DNA of 64,000 nt, taken from assembly GCA_030770535.1 (NCBI GenBank), contig JASVEC010000029.1, positions 372,001 to 436,000 of the forward strand. Reading direction: 5' to 3'. A program made the position numbers and the translations under genes. The DNA is from Batkoa obscura (taxonomy: Eukaryota). The notes below the pieces were generated by a model that had not been told where the DNA came from, did not search any database, and saw only the letters and a list, made by a program, of their open reading frames with translations. Positions 56,016 to 64,000 of this stretch are shown in pieces; position 1 is the first letter of the stretch; each line of letters opens with the position of its first letter.

Positions 56016-57073
56016 TTACTATTTAGCTTCTGTTTTTGTCATGTTTTTCAAGACAGTATAATGAATAGCAAAACCATAAAACAATACCAAAGGCATCGGT
56101 TGATAAACTATGAAACATTTGTTTTGGTTAACGATTGATCGCTGTGGTAGTCAAAGAAAATGTCCAGTCATGATTATTATGAAAACTATTTTAGGATGAT
56201 TAAAATTATTGATATAAATGGACATAAAATATTGAAGATGAAGCAATATCGCTATTTAGTTTTGTGAAGTTATTTTATGCTTAGTTTGCTAAAAAAATGT
56301 CTCAATTACAAATAATCCATAGCTTTATAAAATTCATGACATTTTGATCTTTGCTTTATCCCTTACCATAAACTTTTTATCTTCTTTTATTAGTTGAAAA
56401 TTAATCCGTTGAATTTCTTACTTCATCTGATTGGTTTAGATTTCTCCGTACTTTTTTAGTAGTTTAAACACTCCTATTATTTAGGCAGAAATATTAACTT
56501 TAATTTTACTCTTTTTTTACTGAACCCGCTCTTGGTTCTATGAATACTATTGCTTATAAATACAGAGTCGATTACTTTATAGAGGATACAGAGTATTAAA
56601 TAGCTGTCTATCTTCCTTACTTGAATTAGATTTAAAAGTGGTTGAGAAAGTCCTTTACTTTTTCCCGAATTTAATAAATTTACTAGTCATGGTTATATAT
56701 AAAAAGTTATTAATCACCTTATCAACGTTATAAAATCAATGATACTGCAAATGAACTTGAAAAATATAACCAATTTTAATTTCAATAGACGATTGTAAAC
56801 TTTTATACTATAAAAATTAATAGGAAAAATCAAACTAAAATACTATTACTGACAAACGTATAAAATTTTATTTTTTTACATTTTTAACTACTCACCAAGG
56901 GCCAAATAAACCAAGGTTTTAAGCAACTCTTAACTACGGCAGTTGCAAATTATTATTTTGCTGATTGAATTTTGATCAATACATTAGTTTTTACTATTTG
57001 ATACTGAACAGATTATCAAAGATGGGCAATATTCCAACTAGTACTTTATTGGTTTTGATAATCATCCAAAAAA

Positions 57074-60000
57074 TCAAAAGTTTTTAGCATAAATTATGTT
57101 CTCGAATCCAACATATGGCAACCCAAGAGAATGAATAAACTTCATTAGTTTTATTATTGGTCTATAATAAGGGCAGTTTGTTACAAAATTATATAAGTAT
57201 TCATTGATCTCATAAAAAAAATCAAATATATAATAAAATAGAGTATACTCAAAGTCGCTCATATTGTTGCTAAACGCGTACAATAAACACTTTTTGAAAA
57301 GTAAGCTAGTATATGATATGATAATTGGCAAAAATACAATAATTGATATAATAGATGATACTATCACCGGCGATGCAGCAAAATTAATGATTCTACTGTA
57401 ACTAAAGCTTTGCTTTAAAATTTCATTTTGCTTAATAGCTTGAATTGAGTCTTGTTTATCAGCTTGAATTTTATTTGGCTTATCGAATTGAGTTTTATCA
57501 TTCCGACCAGTTTGAATTTTATTTTGACTAATAGCTTGAGCTCCATTTTTCTTATTAATCTGAATACCATTTAACTGATTAAGATAAATTCTATTTCGTT
57601 CGTTAATTTGAATTACGTCTTGATTAATTATTTGAACTTCACTTTGTATAATGGTTTGGATTTCATTTAAGTTAATAACTTGATCAATATTTTGCCCAGT
57701 TTCTTCATTAATTTGAATCCCATTTTGACTGATACCATAAACTTTATTGTGCTCATCGGCTATAACTTCACTTTGAGCCATGATTTGAACTTTATCTTGC
57801 TCACTAGTTCGAATTTCATCTTGCGTATTATCTTGGATTTCACTTGTACCATTACCTTGAACCGCACCTTGATCATCCTGAATTACGCCTTCCTCGTTAA
57901 CTCGGATGTCATTTGGGCTGGTAGCTTGAATTTCATGTCGCTCATCGATTTGGGCGTCGTCTTGCTTATATATTTGAGGCTCATCCTGCTCATCATTTTG
58001 AGTCTCATTTTGAGTCTCATTTTGATTATGAAGTTGAAGAGCGCTTTGGGGAATGGCATGGGCCATATTTTGGCCATAGACGTTGATATTATTTTGACTA
58101 CTATTATAGGCCCCGTTTTGCTCACTGTCTTGGATTTCACTTTGCTCGTTGGCTTGTAATTTATTTCGCTTGCCATCCTGATCTTCATTTCGCACACTAC
58201 CTTGAATATCATTTTGAGTAATAGCTTGGACTTCATCACGTACGTAAACTTGAATATCTCTTTCCCTACTACTTTGAATTCCATTTTGATTAGTAGTTTG
58301 AATTTCATCCACATCAATAGCTTGGATTTCATCATGTACATAATCTTGCGTGTCCCTTACTCTATCATCTTGAATTTTATCTATATCAACAGTTTGGATG
58401 GCATTTCCCTTGTTAACGTGATTACTATTCTCAATAATAGCTTGGCTTTCAACATGGGCAACACTTTGTATATCACTTTCAGTTTCGTTTTGTTTTTTAG
58501 CATGAGCTACATCAATATCGACATTCGAGATATCCCTTTCGCTATCAGTTTGAATTTTATTTTGACTATTATTTCCTATTTCACTTTGTGTGTTAGCATG
58601 AACTTCATCCTGTTCATATTCCTGAATAATATCTTGATAACTAGTTTGAGTTTTATCCTGTAGACCTTTTTGAGCTTCATTTTGAACATCAATATGCATT
58701 TGATTTTGATCGTAAACTTGAACGTCACCTGGGCTAATAGTTTGAATATTCTCTTGTTTATTAGGTTGGGCGACCTCTCGTTCATCAATGAAAAGATCAT
58801 CTTCATCATACTGAATTTCATTTTGAGCATCGATTTGATTATCACCTTGAATAATAGCTTGAATGTCATCTCCCTCATATCCTTGGACATCAACTTGTTC
58901 ATTAACCTGAAGTTCATCCTGCTCATATTTCTGAATTTCGCCCTTGTCATTTTTTTTGATAGCTTGAATTTCATTTTCTACATTGCCTTGAATATGCTCT
59001 AAATTAGTAGCGCGAATACCACCCTGTTCATAAATGTAAGTTACATCCTGTTGATCAATTTGAATCTCATCTTGAATAATAGCTTGATTTTCGTATTTCT
59101 CATTGACTTGAATGTCATGTAAATCAATATTTTGGATTATATCCTGTTTGAACATTTGAACATCGTCTTGAATAATAAACTCACTTCCATTTGTATTGTT
59201 GACTTGAGTGATAACTAGATCCATAGCTGGAATTGTATCCTTTTTGTCAATCTGAATCTCGCCTTGAATAATACATTGGGTCTCATTTTGTTCACTACCT
59301 TGGATCTTACTTTGTTCATTATCATATGTTTCATCTTTTTCGCTATCATGAACTTTATACTGTTTATCTTCAAGATCATCATTTACATTTAAAAAACTAT
59401 TGGTATTGAACGATTCTGATGTCATTAGCGAAAATGAGGTAAGTATCTCTGATGATGAACATTCAAAATTGTATAATTGCCTCTTTTTTCCTTTAAACGA
59501 TATAGATTCATTTTCCATTCCATCTTCAATTGAGCTATTATCGCTATCAGACAATTTAATACTATTGGAGCTCTCATTACCACTGAACAAATCATTGTTA
59601 GTTGTGTTAGTGCTATTATCAAATAGACTATTGTTATTTAAACGATCATCATTTCCAAACAACTCACAGCTATTTTCTTCAATATCACTGTCTGTGCAAG
59701 CATTAATTATATTTACATCTTCAGCACTTTCGAGAATATTGGTTTCATCGACTGATGAGCTTTCAAATTCTGTGCTTGGTTTTATTGTATCAGTATTAGA
59801 TTCACTATATAAAAAAGAAACCGACTCAATAGTTGGAGTAAGATCTCCATCATTTTTAAATATATTTATGTGACCATTATTAATTTCTGGTAGAAGAAGT
59901 AATGAGTCTTGTGTTGGAGTAGCATCTGGATCTATAAAAAAATTAGCTTCACTATTTTCAACCATATCATTACGACTATCGTTAAGTGCGGGTGTAAAAT

Positions 60001-61387
60001 CTGATAAAGTTTGACTTGAAGCAACGTTGAAGTCAACGAGGATTTTAGTTTCAATATTTTCAGCCACGTCTTTAATATGTGTTAAGAATTCTTGAATTTC
60101 CTCTTCAGATGTACCTATTTCATTACTTTCTTCATAATTTACTCTATTTGAACCATTATCCCATTGATCCGAAACATTACAATTATTAGATGCTTCAATA
60201 TGTTCTCTTTGTTTTTCTTCTTGGTTCTCTTCATACTCTTCCCTATCGCTATTCATAAAGAAACCCATGGTATTACCAATTTCGTCTTTTTCATTTGAAT
60301 AAACCGTAGGTTCAAGAATTAAGTCGTCAAAATCATTTTCTATATACTGCCGAGAATTGCTTTCAATATTATTTTCTAGTTCTGTCTTAGCTGTAGCTTT
60401 TTCCATGACTTGTTCCATTATTTCTCTAAAGCTTTCATCTAATTCTTGGTTCATTTTATAACGATCAGCATCTATTCCTTGATATAATTTGGAATCCTTA
60501 TCGTTATACTCTACATTTCCTTCACCATCGACTGATTTAATTTTAATTTCCGATATCAAATGGCTCCTTGTCGGAATCGGTGATGAGAATAGTGAGTTAT
60601 TATTCGAAAATGAACGGACAGTAAATTCAGCAGAAAATGGAAGAGCTTCCCCGTTTTCAAGCGCGTCGTTTAATTTATTGTATTTAGATTGCATGATTTG
60701 AATATGCTCATTTTTTAAATCATACTCTTTCATAAGCTTTAGCTTATTATTATGTTCAATAGTTCCTTCTAAGATTTCTCTTTCCATTATTGGAATAGCC
60801 TTAGATAGCTCATTCCTTATTTCAGTAAACTCAAAACACAAATTTAATAAAAATAAATAAGTTAATAATAAAACTCACATGTTTAATACTATGTCTTTGT
60901 TCATCAAAATACTCAACTAAATCAATAGTCATTTCATTCTTCGTTTTAATATCTTCCTTTAATTTGCTATTTTCATCTAAATAAATATTTTAATTCAATT
61001 ATTACTTAAATATAGTTTTTTTTTACCAATAAAGATAGCCGTTTCTTCTCTTAAATGTACCAATTCCTTTTCATTTATTCTTAGTATCTCATCTATCTCT
61101 TTGTTCTGCTTTCTTAACATCTGTAAATCCGATTCTTGTTTTTGGACTTTTGGTTGTAATATTCCGATTTTGTTCTTTCCTATTTCATTCCAACTACTGT
61201 ACTCTTCAGAACTTTTAGGCTTCGCTTTCAAGAAAAGCTTTAAATTTTCTCTTTCAAAATTCTAAAAATTAGATTTGTAAATATTAAGGTAAATATAAAA
61301 TACCACACTATCTGTTTTTTCACTAATGCTCTCCAACTCATTTACATTTCGCTTATTATTTGAACCAGTCGATGATTGTTGATTCAT
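57074..61387 (-). CDS. Large acidic protein: N-terminal coiled coil, long 8-aa repeat region, C-terminal hydrophobic segment(s)
   Basis: 1255-aa open exon plus small upstream GT-AG exons from ATG 61387; QNEIQxxx periodicity; PVIVSSIISIIVFLPIIISY. Confidence 0.75.
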
Positions 61388-62833
61388 GCTTTTAAAATGC
61401 GATTCACTACTCCGCTTTTTTATATTGTAAAAATGTTATTTATTATTTTGATTTATAAAATGATTTGTTTTTATGACGTTCGATTTTTTTAAACAGATAA
61501 TCCATGATTGTTATTATTTTTTGCTACAATAGCGCAATGGCTGGAAAAATGATCCGATGTTTATAGTTTTTATATTTCTATTATAACTCACAACTAAATA
61601 GAGAAATAAAATAAAAAGATATTATTTCTACGTTTACCACATCTCTGTTTATACTTATTTCCCTTCTACATAAATAAAACACTCATGAGATTATGCTCTT
61701 TTAAAATTAAAATTAAGACAATCTAATAATCATTTCATTATTGATTATTTATTTTATTTTATTTTGAGTATATTCCAGATATAACACTTTGTGTATATTT
61801 ATAATACATTTTAATAATACTTGTTAGCAATTTTCGAATAGAAAAATAATAATAATAATAATTTTATAATTTGCTTTCAGTTTTATACTCAAGCATTTTT
61901 ATTCTTTATTTTATAAATTTGAGGAAATAAAAATAATACATTATTTACATTATAAGCTATTGATGATTACTTGAACAGTCTTTATATTCATTTAGTTTAA
62001 ATACAAAAGAACACCAGTAAATAAAAACTATATACCTTTATATAGGTTAAATGATTTAAAAGTTTATATTTACTTAGAATAATTTGAGCTGTTAATTTAA
62101 AAATATTAAGCGAACTAATTTTTTTAAAATGTCAATAATTTCAAAAGAATTCAAAGTTGCTATTATTGAAATTGCATTACTTAGTTTATAATGTCTAAGT
62201 ACCTTTTTATATAACTATTGTACTATGAATTCTTTGGTTCCTTTAATCCATTTTATAATAATTTATAATGTTTAAATATTTACTTCATTTTAGTAATATA
62301 TTTATATGTGTATCATGAATTTATAGGCCATTTATTAGTTGCTATAAATAATCTTGTCATATATAAACTGGCTCATTATTTAATATAAAATATAAAAATA
62401 GTTAATCCCCGGGTAAATTATTGCTTTTGCAAAAGATTGCATAAAACTTATTAGTACATATGATGTAATTTAGAGATTTATTTTTAAAAATTAGGACCTT
62501 ATTTTATGTAAAATTTTTAAATTTAGTTCATAATTAATTTAAGTTCTTCAAATAGCTTAAACATAAGATAAAACTCCAGAACCAATGAATTGTAGAAATA
62601 AGTTAGTTACTAAAAAACAGATAGTGATACTACCAAATTAAGCAAATGGGGTAAGAATTAAGTTGCTATCAAATTAGCCTCTGTTATTTACCATCCAAAT
62701 ATGGTTAACCCCTTAATAAAATCTAATCAATAAATTGTTGAAAATCAAAAAATATTAATAATAGTAGAACTTAGAGTAACACCATTTTATTTAACAATCA
62801 GTTCTTTTTATTTTTCGTTTCTTTTTATTTAAC

Positions 62834-64000
62834 ATGTTCAGTCTATTTGGAAGCAAACCAAAACCAATTGATAACATCAAAAGTCTACAGTGTCTCCATG
62901 ATGGATTGTTGGAATTAGAAGCATCTTTCGATCATATTTTAAACGATAGAATTAAACAAGCTCAAACTTTACTAAACGAAAAAGAAAACTTAGGCTCAGA
63001 TTCAAGTTACCCCAATGACAAAAATCCGATGATCTCGTTCGGTAAAGCTACCTTAGCCTTTCAAACTAGTATTATGGGTTTCGAAGAGTCTGGCTTTAGT
63101 TTAGCCTCTAAAGAGTTACAAGCTTCGGAAAATATAGCTAGTGCCTGGACTACAGCAATAACTAGCTCACTTAAAAGCATCGATGCCACTTCGATGTCAT
63201 ATAAAAAGCTCAAAAAAGCAGAATTATTATTAAAATTAGTATCAGCCGACTCTTTGATAATGCTTTCCGCTGTTTCCTTTTTGTCACAATCCTTATCAGA
63301 GTATGCTAAAGCAGCGTATCGATTGAAAAAAGCATATGATAGCTTTATATTCTTGGATAAAGCGGTAGGTTTGGAATTGAATGAAAAAGATTTAAATAAT
63401 GAGCCATTTTCAAAAGTAACGGAAGGTAACTAAATTAACAAATATAATATTTAAAATTAATTATTTTAGATCCATTTGACAGCTTTTTGATAAGTGGTGT
63501 TAGCTTTGGATTAGGATTATTAAAATTAATGATATCTTCTTTACCACGTAAAGCGAAAGGCTTACTTAGTAGTGTTGGGTTTCATCTAGTAGAAAGAAGT
63601 GAAGCCATTTCTTATTTAAAGAATTCTATACTTTATAAAGGTCTTCATGGGTCTTTATCGTCCATGCTATTATTATCTTTTTATTCTGGTTGGTTATCTT
63701 TTATTTCACACTTACCTGTTTCTAGCACTCGAGAATATCAAGAAGCAGAGCATTTGATTCCAAAATTCAGAAGTATTTATCCCCAAGGTCGTATATGGAT
63801 CCTTTTAGAGTGTAAATTTCTCAAGCTAAAGGGCGACCTTGACAATGTGACTACACTTTTAGAAAATGCATTAAACCAAAAAACTGATTCTTGGCCAGAA
63901 TTGAAATATTTAATTTTATATGAATATGCATGGTAATTTAAATAATAATATTTGATTTGTAAATATTGATTTGTTATTTAGGTGTAAAATTTTAGTAGGT
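62834..64000 (+). CDS. IML2/TTC39-family TPR protein (5' part)
   Basis: SIMGFE, ADSLIMLS..LSQSLSEYAKAAYRLKKAY, SGVSFGLGLLKLMISSLP..LSSVGF, YPQGRIWIL, LILYEYAW. Confidence 0.8.

Noticed and set aside
57680..59873. Several 110-160 aa overlapping ORFs on both strands
   Set aside because: They are shadows of the 8-aa repeat gene, with no independent motifs

Overview
AT-rich eukaryotic nuclear DNA with compact genes and many ~45-60 nt GT-AG introns; it reads like an early-diverging fungus (inference only). About 23 host genes are present: a trypsin-like protease, pirin, MED7, siroheme synthase, LTV1, a BET1-like SNARE, an A20/AN1 zinc finger, YJU2B/CCDC130, a carnitine carrier, a YOS9-like lectin, RPS29, VMA13, a Rieske protein, TRM8, a WBP2-like protein, a secreted GPI-type protein, GCP4, SWC4, CWH41, AMD1, mitochondrial HSP70, a divergent Polo kinase, an 8-aa-repeat protein and IML2/TTC39. 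The most notable content is mobile DNA. (1) An intact 2.87-kb Sola-like DDD transposon (1494-4361) has perfect 22-bp TIRs and an ATAT target duplication. (2) Eight ~98-bp MITEs are built from the left and right ends of a relative of that element and use the same ATAT site. (3) An unexplained 360-550-bp non-coding repeat with structure-preserving substitutions sits just upstream of the transposase ATG and recurs standalone at 34.6-35.2 kb, preceded by an inverted copy of its own 3' end. (4) A decayed IS630/Tc1-type gene carries at least 7 tandem HTH units and substituted catalytic residues. (5) Two further MITE families and an inverted partial duplication of GCP4 are also present. Multi-exon gene coordinates are start-to-stop spans read by eye.
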